A DNA stretch of 64,000 nt from an uncultured Clostridia bacterium (lineage in GTDB: Bacteria > Bacillota > Clostridia > TANB77 > CAG-465), in the NCBI GenBank assembly GCA_934169925.1, contig CAKPOO010000001.1, positions 90,383-154,382 on the forward strand. The letters run 5' to 3'. Positions 1 to 8,371 of the stretch are shown here, piece by piece. Position 1 is the first letter of the stretch. Each line of letters starts with the position of its first letter. The position numbers and the translations under genes were made by a program. The notes below the pieces were generated by a model. That model was not told the DNA's origin. It worked only from the letters and a program-made list of their open reading frames with translations, and did not search any database.

Positions 1-666
1 ATGGGATGTCCTGCTCCAAAGCTTGTAAAAAATGGTGATGGTGCAGGTTTACTTCTTGATTTAAAAAATGTAGAGCAAATTGTAAAAAAAGCAGTAGAGG
101 TATCTTCTAAACCTATAACTGTAAAAACAAGAAAAGGCTTTGATAAAGATCATATTACAGCTGTTGATGTTGCAAAGATTTGTGACGAAAATGGTGTATC
201 TCAAATTGTTGTACATGGAAGAACAAGAGAAGAATACTATTTAGGTAAAGCTGATCTTGAAATTATAAAAGAAGTAAAAAATGCAGTATCAATTCCAGTT
301 ATAGGAAATGGTGATATTGTTGATGTAAATAGTGCTATGCATATGTTTGAATATACAGGGTGTGATGGTATTATGATCGGAAGAGGAGCGCAAGGCAATC
401 CTTGGATTTTTAAATCTATTTTAGAGGGAAAAGATTATAAGCCAAACATTGATGAACTAGAACAAGTCATAATGGAGCATATTAAGTATCAACTTGAGTT
501 TGAAGATGAAAAACAAGCAAACTTAAAACTTAGAAAGCATCTTGCGTGGTATATAAAAGGCTTAGATGGAAGTGCTAAGATAAGAAATGAAATTAATAGA
601 TGTGAAAATATTAATGAAGTAAAAAAAGTATTAGATGAATATTTTAATTTCTTAAGAAAACAGTAA
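1..666 (+). CDS. dusB: tRNA-dihydrouridine synthase, C-terminal part (5' end outside window)
   Basis: ORF is open from base 1. Dus-family motifs GCPAPK, VHGRTREEYY and GRGAQGNPWIF, followed by a helical C-terminal domain. Confidence 0.85.
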   Translation: MGCPAPKLVKNGDGAGLLLDLKNVEQIVKKAVEVSSKPITVKTRKGFDKDHITAVDVAKICDENGVSQIVVHGRTREEYYLGKADLEIIKEVKNAVSIPVIGNGDIVDVNSAMHMFEYTGCDGIMIGRGAQGNPWIFKSILEGKDYKPNIDELEQVIMEHIKYQLEFEDEKQANLKLRKHLAWYIKGLDGSAKIRNEINRCENINEVKKVLDEYFNFLRKQ

Positions 667-687
667 TGTATAAAGTAGAGAAAAATT

Positions 688-1491
688 ATGATTGATAAAG
701 AAAAAAAGGCTAATATTTTAAAAAGATTTGATAAAAAACAAGAAAAAATTTTTGTATCCAATATTTTAGATAAGGCTTTTAGATTTGAAAAAGTTAATAA
801 AATAGAGTATACAGATTTTTTAAATTTAAATGAAGTAAAAGTAATAGATGAAATACTAAAAAATTTAAATGTTTTTCATATTGTATTTAAAGTAAATGAA
901 AATGCAGGAAAATCAAATATATTCTTTATTCCAGATTATATTTTTGATAGTACTTATGTTATAGAAGAACACATAAAAGCTTTAAAAGTTATTCCTAAAG
1001 ATATGACTAAACTTTTACATAAGGATTTTATGGGTGCAATATATAATCTAGGAATAAAAAATGAAAAAATAGGTGATATTTTCTTAACCAATGATTGTGC
1101 TTACTTTTTTGTTATGAATGATATAGAAGAATATATTTTAAACAATTTATTTAAAGTTAAAAATCAAGAAGTAAAAGTAGAGAAAATAGATCTTTTTGGA
1201 GAAGAAGTAAAAAATATATCACTTAATTTAGTAAGAATGGAATATGTTTGTGCTAGTTTTAGAGTTGATAGTATTTTATCAACTGTTTATAATTTAAGTA
1301 GGGAAGAAACTAAAACAAAGATAATATCTGGTGATTTGTTTATAAATGATAAAAATATTATAGTACCGGATACTAAGTTAAATGATGATGATATAGTTAG
1401 TTTTAAACACTTTGGAAAATTTAAGTTTTCTAAGAAATTATATGATACTAAAAGTGGTAAAATTAGAATTGAAATTTTTAAATATGCATAA
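688..1491 (+). CDS. ylmH: YlmH-like RNA-binding protein with C-terminal S4 domain
   Basis: Length and layout resemble YlmH. An S4-like segment (FRVDSILSTVYNLSREETKTKIISGDLFINDK) lies near the C-terminus. Confidence 0.6.
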   Translation: MIDKEKKANILKRFDKKQEKIFVSNILDKAFRFEKVNKIEYTDFLNLNEVKVIDEILKNLNVFHIVFKVNENAGKSNIFFIPDYIFDSTYVIEEHIKALKVIPKDMTKLLHKDFMGAIYNLGIKNEKIGDIFLTNDCAYFFVMNDIEEYILNNLFKVKNQEVKVEKIDLFGEEVKNISLNLVRMEYVCASFRVDSILSTVYNLSREETKTKIISGDLFINDKNIIVPDTKLNDDDIVSFKHFGKFKFSKKLYDTKSGKIRIEIFKYA

Positions 1492-1521
1492 AAAATACAA
1501 GCGTAATGCTTGTATTTTTTA
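1490..1521. terminator. bidirectional rho-independent terminator (ylmH / rmuC)
   Basis: A-run, ATACAAGC ... GCTTGTAT, T-run. Confidence 0.7.
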
Positions 1522-1525
1522 GTTT

Positions 1526-2824
1526 TTAAGTGTCATCTGATACGTTATCATTATCATCTAGTAATAACATATTTGATGAATCAATTGAATAAAAATCAGA
1601 TTCATTTTCTACAGGTAAAGCTTCAACTTTCTTTAATTTTTTCTCTATAGTTCTAGTTTTTTTAGAAGCAAGTTCCATAGTGTTAGAAATCTCAGCAAGT
1701 TTTTTATTTGTTTTATCAAGTATATCTCCAAATTTTGAAAATTCACTTTTTACCATACCAAGTAATTGCCAAACTTCACTTGTTCTTTTTTCTATAGCAA
1801 GTGTTCTAAAGCCCATTTGTAAACTATTAAGTAATGCTACAAATGTTGTAGGGCCTGATACTACAATTCTATATTTTTGTGATATAAATTCACAAAGTCC
1901 TGTATTTTTTAGCACTTCACAATATAAACTTTCAGTAGGTAAAAACATAATTCCAAAGTCTGTTGTATATGGAGATTCAATATATTTTTCTGATATATCC
2001 TTAGCAAATGATTTTATAGATATTTCTAATTTTTTTCTACATTCTTGTATTTTTTCAACATTTGCTTCATCTTCAGCATCAACAAGTCTAGAATAATCTT
2101 CAATTGGAAATTTAGAATCAACAGGTAACCATACAAATTCGTTATCATTTTTGCCAGGTAATTTAATTGCAAATTCAACTAAATCATTAGATTTTGGCTT
2201 TGTTTTAACATTACATGCATATTGATCGTTAGTTAAATATTGTTCTAGAATATTACTTAATTGAATTTCTCCCCAATATCCTCTAGATTTTACATTTGTA
2301 AATACTTTCTTTAAATCTCCAACTCCTTGTGCAAGAGATTGCATTTCGCCAAGACCTTTGTATACAGATTCAAGTCTATCGTTTACAATTTTAAATGATT
2401 CACCAAGTCTTTGTTCTAATGTACCTTGTAATTTTTCATCAACAGTAACTCTCATTTTTTCTATTTTTTCGTTATTATCTTTTTGCATTGATGTAAGTTT
2501 ATCTTCTACTGTTTTTCTAACATTTTCAAGTTTATCATCCATAGTTTTTCTCATATTATCAAGTTTTGTTTCATTAAGATTGGAGATACTAGAAAGTTGG
2601 ATTTGTTGCAATTTAGAACTTTGAGTAATTTGATTATTCAAGTTTTTTGATATTTCCTCACGAGTTTGAGAAAACATAGCAGAAATTTCTTGTTTCATTT
2701 GACTTAATTCTAAACTAAAATTTTGATTTGTTGATTTAGATTTAATTTTTAATAACAAAAATATAGTTAATAGCAAAAGTAAAATAATTGTAATACATAA
2801 AATAATTTCAATATTCATATTCAA
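1526..2824 (-). CDS. rmuC: DNA recombination protein RmuC
   Basis: N-terminal TM helix, long coiled coil, then an RmuC-type domain (YWGEIQLSNILEQ, IMFLPTESLY). Confidence 0.85.
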   Translation of the reverse strand: MNMNIEIILCITIILLLLLTIFLLLKIKSKSTNQNFSLELSQMKQEISAMFSQTREEISKNLNNQITQSSKLQQIQLSSISNLNETKLDNMRKTMDDKLENVRKTVEDKLTSMQKDNNEKIEKMRVTVDEKLQGTLEQRLGESFKIVNDRLESVYKGLGEMQSLAQGVGDLKKVFTNVKSRGYWGEIQLSNILEQYLTNDQYACNVKTKPKSNDLVEFAIKLPGKNDNEFVWLPVDSKFPIEDYSRLVDAEDEANVEKIQECRKKLEISIKSFAKDISEKYIESPYTTDFGIMFLPTESLYCEVLKNTGLCEFISQKYRIVVSGPTTFVALLNSLQMGFRTLAIEKRTSEVWQLLGMVKSEFSKFGDILDKTNKKLAEISNTMELASKKTRTIEKKLKKVEALPVENESDFYSIDSSNMLLLDDNDNVSDDT

Positions 2825-2982
2825 ACCTCACCAGAAAAAATTATATCAAATGAACTAATGTTTGTCAATTGAACTTGGGTTAAATTTTATTATATAATTA
2901 CAAAAAATAAAAGCATTAATAATATTTTTTGTTGAAAAAAGACTTTTTTTATGATAGACTATCAATAAATTGAGGTGTGATT

Positions 2983-4998
2983 ATGGAAGAATTAATTGAA
3001 TGCATATGCGATTATATAAGAAAACCATATACTGATTATGCAGTTATGTTAAATGGAGAATGGGGTAGTGGAAAAACTTATTTTTGGAATAACAAATTAA
3101 GAAGTAGATTAGAAGCTATAAAAAACTCTGCTGGTAAAAATTATAAAACTATATATATGTCACTTTATGGTATAAATAGTTTAGAAGAAATAAGTAAAAA
3201 AATATTTATTGAAACAAATCCAACTATAAATAAAACATTAAAGAAAATAGCTGATACTAGAGAAGGAAATATTATACCAGAATATGTAAAAACTGGTCTT
3301 GATATGGCAAATCTTTTTGGTACAACTTCTTTTAGTTCAGATAAAGTAGATTTTTCTAAAGTATTTTCAATTGATGATAAAATTTTATGTTTTGATGATC
3401 TTGAAAGAGCAAATGTAGATGTTATTGATATTTTAGGTTATATTAATAATTTTGTTGAACATGACGGAATAAAAACAATTCTTATTTGTAACGAAAAAGA
3501 ACTTGCAACTAAATTTAAAAATTCAAATCATGAAATAAAATCTTTAATTGCAACATATATCCTTGATAAAGAAGGATACATAGCTCCAAAAAAGAAAAAA
3601 GCATTACTTGCAGCTGATGGTGAAGATCCAGAAAAACCACTTGCAAATATGATAGAAGATAAAATATCTGATATATTTGATAAAGCAAATGCTTATGAAA
3701 GAATAAAAGAAAAATTAATTGGTGAAACTTTTGAATATGTTCCTGAGTATTCATACATATTAAGTGGTATGATAATGAAATATTCATATAACGAGAATTT
3801 ATCTGATTTTTATAAAAGAAATACATCATTAATTATAAGTGCATTTAAAAAATCACATACTAGAAATTTAAGAATATTAAAGCATGCTCTTGGTGATTTT
3901 GAAAAAATATATAATGAAATAAGAAATAATTATCCTGATGTTGATCAAAGTATCTTAAAGACTATTTTGACATTTACTATTGCCGTTTCTTTTGAAATAA
4001 AAGCAGGTAACATCAGTAAAGAAAAATTAAAGTCAATTAATAATAATGATGAATATAATTCAGTTATATTTACATCAAAAATTTTAAATGATAAAAACCA
4101 GTTTTATTTAAGAGATTTTGATAATAGATATTTCTTAAATAATTATTCTAAATATAAATTTTTCAAATTTGTTGAAGTATATATTAGAACTAGATTTTTT
4201 GATGAAAAATTATTTAAAGAAAATATGGATGAAGCTATATCAGCTCTTGCTGATAATAACGAGTCTAATAAACAAGTACCTACAAAGTATACAACTTTAC
4301 TTAGTGGTGAATATTGGAAACTTTCTGATTTTGAATTTGATCTTCTTTGGAAACAGGTGTTAGATGAAGTAAAAAATGGTAAAATTAATTTTGAAGAATA
4401 TTTAAATTTATTTGTAGTGTTTAAATATTTAATATCTATAAATCTTATTAATTATTCTATTTCAGAATTAAAACAAAACTTTACTTTAGGTATGCAAATA
4501 TCAGCTGCTGATAATTTAGAAAGTATTGATACAAAAAATGATTCAAAAAATAAATTTGATACTACAGATCCTGATATAGAAGAAATGCAAGAAATCTACT
4601 TAGGTATAAAACAAAGTGCTATAGAAGAACTTGCAACAAATAAAGCTTCAGACTTATTTAAAAATTTACCTAATAATGTACCAGAATTTTATAAATTAAT
4701 TATAAATGAGTATAAAGACATTCCAGTCTTTTCTAAATATGACATGGAGGATTTATATGAAAAGTTAGTCCTTACTCCCAATTATGATGTTTATAATTTT
4801 ATAAATATGATACAAGTAAGATATACGGATTCTAAAAAATTATTAAGATCTGATTCTAAAAATTTGAAAAAGTTATCTGAGATAATAAAAAAATCAAAAC
4901 CAGCAAAAGAAAAGACAATAAAATACGCATTGCTTGAAAATTTAGCTGCAGAAATTGATAAATTAATGCCAGCAACAAAATCTAAAAAGGAAGCATAA
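2983..4998 (+). CDS. KAP-family P-loop NTPase
   Basis: Walker A GEWGSGKTYFW and KAP-style Walker B ILCFDDLERA, followed by a long helical C-terminal region. ATG 2983 follows GAGGTG; the track start GTG 2977 lies inside the RBS. No obvious TM insert between Walker A and B. Confidence 0.8.
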   Translation: MEELIECICDYIRKPYTDYAVMLNGEWGSGKTYFWNNKLRSRLEAIKNSAGKNYKTIYMSLYGINSLEEISKKIFIETNPTINKTLKKIADTREGNIIPEYVKTGLDMANLFGTTSFSSDKVDFSKVFSIDDKILCFDDLERANVDVIDILGYINNFVEHDGIKTILICNEKELATKFKNSNHEIKSLIATYILDKEGYIAPKKKKALLAADGEDPEKPLANMIEDKISDIFDKANAYERIKEKLIGETFEYVPEYSYILSGMIMKYSYNENLSDFYKRNTSLIISAFKKSHTRNLRILKHALGDFEKIYNEIRNNYPDVDQSILKTILTFTIAVSFEIKAGNISKEKLKSINNNDEYNSVIFTSKILNDKNQFYLRDFDNRYFLNNYSKYKFFKFVEVYIRTRFFDEKLFKENMDEAISALADNNESNKQVPTKYTTLLSGEYWKLSDFEFDLLWKQVLDEVKNGKINFEEYLNLFVVFKYLISINLINYSISELKQNFTLGMQISAADNLESIDTKNDSKNKFDTTDPDIEEMQEIYLGIKQSAIEELATNKASDLFKNLPNNVPEFYKLIINEYKDIPVFSKYDMEDLYEKLVLTPNYDVYNFINMIQVRYTDSKKLLRSDSKNLKKLSEIIKKSKPAKEKTIKYALLENLAAEIDKLMPATKSKKEA

Positions 4999-5041
4999 AA
5001 TTTAAAGATAATATTGTTAAAAAGGCAATATTATCTTTTTA

Positions 5042-5137
5042 TTTACAAAAATTTTAATTTATGATATAAATATGATATTGATTGATTTTAATCTAATTAT
5101 AATTATGAGGAGGTGTTTTATGTTTACAAAAACTTGA
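5042..5137 (+). promoter_or_regulatory. promoter-leader module copy C (TTTACA-17-TATAAA, leader, GAGGAGG) driving only a 5-codon stub ORF (5120-5137, MFTKT)
   Basis: -35 at 5042-5047 and -10 at 5065-5070. The leader is colinear with modules A and B. The stub ORF overlaps the -35 of module A. Confidence 0.55.
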
Positions 5138-5196
5138 TTCTATGCTATAATTATAGTGTAGTTGAATTTTAATCCAGTTATAATTAATAAGGAGGA
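5123..5196 (+). promoter_or_regulatory. promoter-leader module copy A (TTTACA-17-TATAAT plus 45-nt conserved leader ending in GGAGGA)
   Basis: -35 at 5123-5128 and -10 at 5146-5151. The leader 5152-5196 matches leader B at 36 of 45 positions, with the last 20 nt identical. Confidence 0.65.
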
Positions 5197-5204
5197 TAAT
5201 AAGT

Positions 5205-5774
5205 ATGATAGTTATTACAAATGGAAATGATAACCCAAATGAAAGACAGGGAGCTAGTGGAGAGAATTTCTATGAGATGTTAGATAAGATTGATTCCCTT
5301 GGTTCTTTAAAGGAAGTTGTTGAAAGTCAGGATTGGATAAAGGCAATTATTGCATATAATGGCGATCGTCACTTTTTCCATGCTTTTATTTGCAGGATTA
5401 ACAAAGCTTTAAAGGATAATTCTTTAGATCCTAGTAGTCTTAAGTGGTTTAGATCTGGTCTTGTTTCAGAGTGGATTATTAATATTGATGATACAGTTTC
5501 AAAGTATGGAAAAAGATCTTCTTATCCGGCTGAAACTTTAGATAAGCTTAATTACCTTGCTTGTTTGCAGGATGCTAAATCTTTTGTTGCTTGCTTTTCA
5601 CATGATGATATTAAAGAGGCGTTAAACTCTAGTAACTCAGGCAATGAACTTACATTTTGGAGGACTAATACAGAAATTCCTTTAAATGGCAGAGTATCTC
5701 TTGCGTATGAGTGGTTAGATGCAGGATATACTAAAGCTGCAAAAAAGCTTCTACAGGCTATAGCAAGAATTTAA
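5205..5774 (+). CDS. hypothetical protein, paralog A of the 6391-6969 product
   Basis: AAGGAGG RBS, own TTTACA-17-TATAAT promoter. By eye more than half of residues are identical to the 6391 product (AYNGDRHFF, SLKWFR, SYPAE, LDKLNYLA, DAKSFV, CFSH). No family recognised. Confidence 0.75.
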   Translation: MIVITNGNDNPNERQGASGENFYEMLDKIDSLGSLKEVVESQDWIKAIIAYNGDRHFFHAFICRINKALKDNSLDPSSLKWFRSGLVSEWIINIDDTVSKYGKRSSYPAETLDKLNYLACLQDAKSFVACFSHDDIKEALNSSNSGNELTFWRTNTEIPLNGRVSLAYEWLDAGYTKAAKKLLQAIARI

Positions 5775-5793
5775 GACTAAAAGGGGTACGCTT

Positions 5794-6225
5794 ATGAAGG
5801 ATCTTAGTTATTTAAGTGGAACTTGTATATCTAAGGAAAAGGTAGCTAAAATTTGCATATATTATGCAAAAAGTGAAGCAACAATGGGAGAGGTTGCTGA
5901 TGAACTTGAGGTAGGAAGAAATACAGTATTAAATTCCATTTTAAGATGCTTATACTATGAACTTGTACCTAAAAAGTACATAGATATAGCAATAGCAAAA
6001 GAAATGAAAAATGTAAGAGGTCTTTCCAGGAAAAGTTCAATTGATGAAAAAGCAACTACTTTAGAAAATCTAAGAGATGAGAAGAAAGCTTTGATTAAAA
6101 AAAGAAAAGATTGTCTGTTAATAAGAGAAAAATTAGGCAGTACTACTTTGTATAAAGATAAGATTTCTTCGATTGAAGAATCCCTAGAAAATATCGAAAA
6201 AAAAGCTATAAGTCTTATGCGTTAG
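5794..6225 (+). CDS. hypothetical small protein with probable helix-turn-helix and C-terminal coiled coil
   Basis: Starts 19 nt after the preceding stop, with an AAAGGGG RBS. HTH-like segment TMGEVADELEVGRNTVLNSILRC. Charged heptad-like C-terminus. Confidence 0.65.
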   Translation: MKDLSYLSGTCISKEKVAKICIYYAKSEATMGEVADELEVGRNTVLNSILRCLYYELVPKKYIDIAIAKEMKNVRGLSRKSSIDEKATTLENLRDEKKALIKKRKDCLLIREKLGSTTLYKDKISSIEESLENIEKKAISLMR

Positions 6226-6310
6226 AGTTTATTTATGATTTTTTAAAAAATTCAAATAATATTTTTAAAATTAAGGTTGGGAGAGTGAAATATTCTTCCA
6301 ATCTTTTTTG

Positions 6311-6384
6311 TTTACATAAGCTTTTATTTATGATATAATTACAGCGCAATCAAATTGTAATCTGGTTATAATTAATAAGGAGGA
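6311..6384 (+). promoter_or_regulatory. promoter-leader module copy B (TTTACA-17-TATAAT plus 45-nt conserved leader)
   Basis: -35 at 6311-6316, -10 at 6334-6339, leader 6340-6384. Confidence 0.65.
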
Positions 6385-6390
6385 TTTTTT

Positions 6391-6969
6391 ATGGTAATTA
6401 CAAATGGAAGTAAGCATCCAAATGAAAAGCAAGGAAATGACAATGAAGACTTTTTTGAAATGGCAAAAAAACTAAATTTAATTGCTACATTAAAAGAATT
6501 AGTTGAATCTGAAGAGTTCATAAAATCTATTATTGCATATAATGGTGATAGACATTTTTTTTATGTTTTTATTTGTCTTATAAATGAAGCATTAAATGAT
6601 AAGTCGTTAAAGGGTGATAGTCTTAAGTGGTTTAGAAATGGAATGGTAGCACAGTGGATTATTGATATTGATAAAACGGTATCAGAATATGGAAATAGAG
6701 CTTCTTATCCTGCTGAAATTTTAGATAAACTAAACTATTTAGCTTCCTTAAATGATGCAAAATCTTTCGTTTCTTGCTTTTCTCATCATGATATTATAGA
6801 GGTTTTAGACTCAGACTCTAAGAATATTGAACTTACATATTGGACGAGAAATTTAGATATTCCATTAAAAGGAAGAGTAAATCTTGCGTACAAGTGCATA
6901 GATGATGGGAAAATTGAAGCAGGTAAAAAAATCTTACTACCTGCAACAGATGAACTTGCTTACTGTTAA
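6391..6969 (+). CDS. hypothetical protein, paralog B of the 5205-5774 product
   Basis: Same promoter-leader module and RBS as paralog A. Followed by a hairpin terminator. Confidence 0.75.
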   Translation: MVITNGSKHPNEKQGNDNEDFFEMAKKLNLIATLKELVESEEFIKSIIAYNGDRHFFYVFICLINEALNDKSLKGDSLKWFRNGMVAQWIIDIDKTVSEYGNRASYPAEILDKLNYLASLNDAKSFVSCFSHHDIIEVLDSDSKNIELTYWTRNLDIPLKGRVNLAYKCIDDGKIEAGKKILLPATDELAYC

Positions 6970-7080
6970 TTTTCTAAAAAATTATAAAAAAAAACAAAGG
7001 TAATTTAATATTTTATCTTTGTTTTTTTGTGTATAAAAAGTAAACATAGAGAAAATACTATAGTTAAAGGAGATTGGCAA

Positions 7081-7614
7081 ATGACAAATTTAGGAATAAT
7101 TAGAAGAATAGATGATTTGGGAAGAATAGTTATACCAAAAGAATTAAGGAAAAAGTTAAAAATAAACGAGGGCGATGAAGTTCAAATTTATACACAAGAT
7201 AATGAAGTAATTTTAAAAAAACATGTTCCTTTAAACGTAAACAAAGAATTAATAAATAGTATAACAAAATCTTTTGAAAAGGTAGTAGAGGCTGATTTTT
7301 TTATTTGTAATAAAGAAAAAATAATTAGTGTTAGTAATAAAAGAAAAAATAAAATTAATGACTTAGAAATTTCAAAAGATTTATTTGAATTATTAGATGA
7401 AAGAAAAATAACTTTAATTGATAGTAATAAAAAAAGTATAAATCTATTAGAAAAAAATACATTTATGCCAAAGGAAGAATATATAGTGCCGATAATATCA
7501 AATACTGATTTAATAGGTGGGATTGTTTTATTTTTGGATGAGTATGGACATATAACTGATATGGATAAAAATATAATATGTCAAATAGCAACGCTTTTAA
7601 GTGAGTATATTTAA
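7081..7614 (+). CDS. spoVT: stage V sporulation protein T (AbrB-type N-domain plus GAF-like C-domain)
   Basis: N-terminus GIIRRIDDLGRIVIPKELRKKLKINEGDEVQIY closely resembles remembered B. subtilis SpoVT. Length is about 177 aa from ATG 7081, preceded by AAAGGAG. The upstream part of the track ORF overlaps the terminator. Confidence 0.85.
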   Translation: MTNLGIIRRIDDLGRIVIPKELRKKLKINEGDEVQIYTQDNEVILKKHVPLNVNKELINSITKSFEKVVEADFFICNKEKIISVSNKRKNKINDLEISKDLFELLDERKITLIDSNKKSINLLEKNTFMPKEEYIVPIISNTDLIGGIVLFLDEYGHITDMDKNIICQIATLLSEYI

Positions 7615-7623
7615 CTTTTTTAT

Positions 7624-7652
7624 TTGACCTTTAGATGTTTATGTGTTATAAT
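7624..7652 (+). promoter_or_regulatory. sigma-A-type promoter of the 7704 gene
   Basis: TTGACC, 17-nt spacer, TGT-TATAAT extended -10. The -10 lies inside GTTATAATTAATTAGG, which resembles the conserved end of leaders A and B. Confidence 0.6.
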
Positions 7653-7703
7653 TAATTAGGTAACTAATTTTGTAACTTTATAATAATTTAGGAGGTAGAC
7701 AAC

Positions 7704-8270
7704 ATGCAAAAAGGATTAATAAGGCAGAATTTTGAATATCAGAATTTTGCAAAGTTACTTGATGATGTGTTTAACAAAAATTTTTTTTATCCTTATTATT
7801 GCTATAAAAGAAATAATCATGAGGAAAAGAAGATGCAGGATCTTTTCTTACGGTTAGAAGAAATAATTAGCGAAGCTATGAAAGATTTCTCTGATATAAG
7901 GAAGAATATTGTTTATTGTAGATATGCAATAAATGGGGTAAAGAAAGTAAAGACAACTCAGCTTGCAGATAAATATTATAACTCCGATTATTCAAAATAC
8001 GTGTATGAAATGAATCAGGTTATAAGTTTACTTGCAGGTAATGAAAAGATCATTAAAGTAAAGCAGATGTTCTTTACAAGGCAGGGGAGAATTAATAAAG
8101 AAGACTTTAAGGGTATCTTTTCTGATGAGTTTCTTAATTTGTATGTTGAGTTCTTTGGATCAAAGAAGCCAAACGATAATACAGATTATTTACTTTCAGA
8201 GTTCTTCGATGCTTACATTGAAACTTATAAGGTAAAGGAAAATGTTAAGAATTTAAATTCTAAGCATTAA
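7704..8270 (+). CDS. hypothetical protein
   Basis: Strong promoter TTGACC-17-TATAAT and a TAGGAGG RBS, with a terminator hairpin downstream. More G/C-ending codons than neighbouring genes. No family recognised. Confidence 0.7.
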   Translation: MQKGLIRQNFEYQNFAKLLDDVFNKNFFYPYYCYKRNNHEEKKMQDLFLRLEEIISEAMKDFSDIRKNIVYCRYAINGVKKVKTTQLADKYYNSDYSKYVYEMNQVISLLAGNEKIIKVKQMFFTRQGRINKEDFKGIFSDEFLNLYVEFFGSKKPNDNTDYLLSEFFDAYIETYKVKENVKNLNSKH

Positions 8271-8371
8271 GCAGGTAAAATATAGGGTGAATAATTTATT
8301 CACTCTATATTTTTTATATCTTGAAAAATTTTTTTGTTTAATATAAAATATTAACGTAAAGGTGATGATAT

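Noticed and set aside
5179-5184. Second TATAAT inside the conserved leader (also at 6367-6372) as the true -10 of the cassette genes.
   Set aside because: There is no acceptable -35 or TGn element at the right spacing in copies A and B, and transcripts would start at or within the RBS. It is kept only as an alternative to test by 5'-end mapping.
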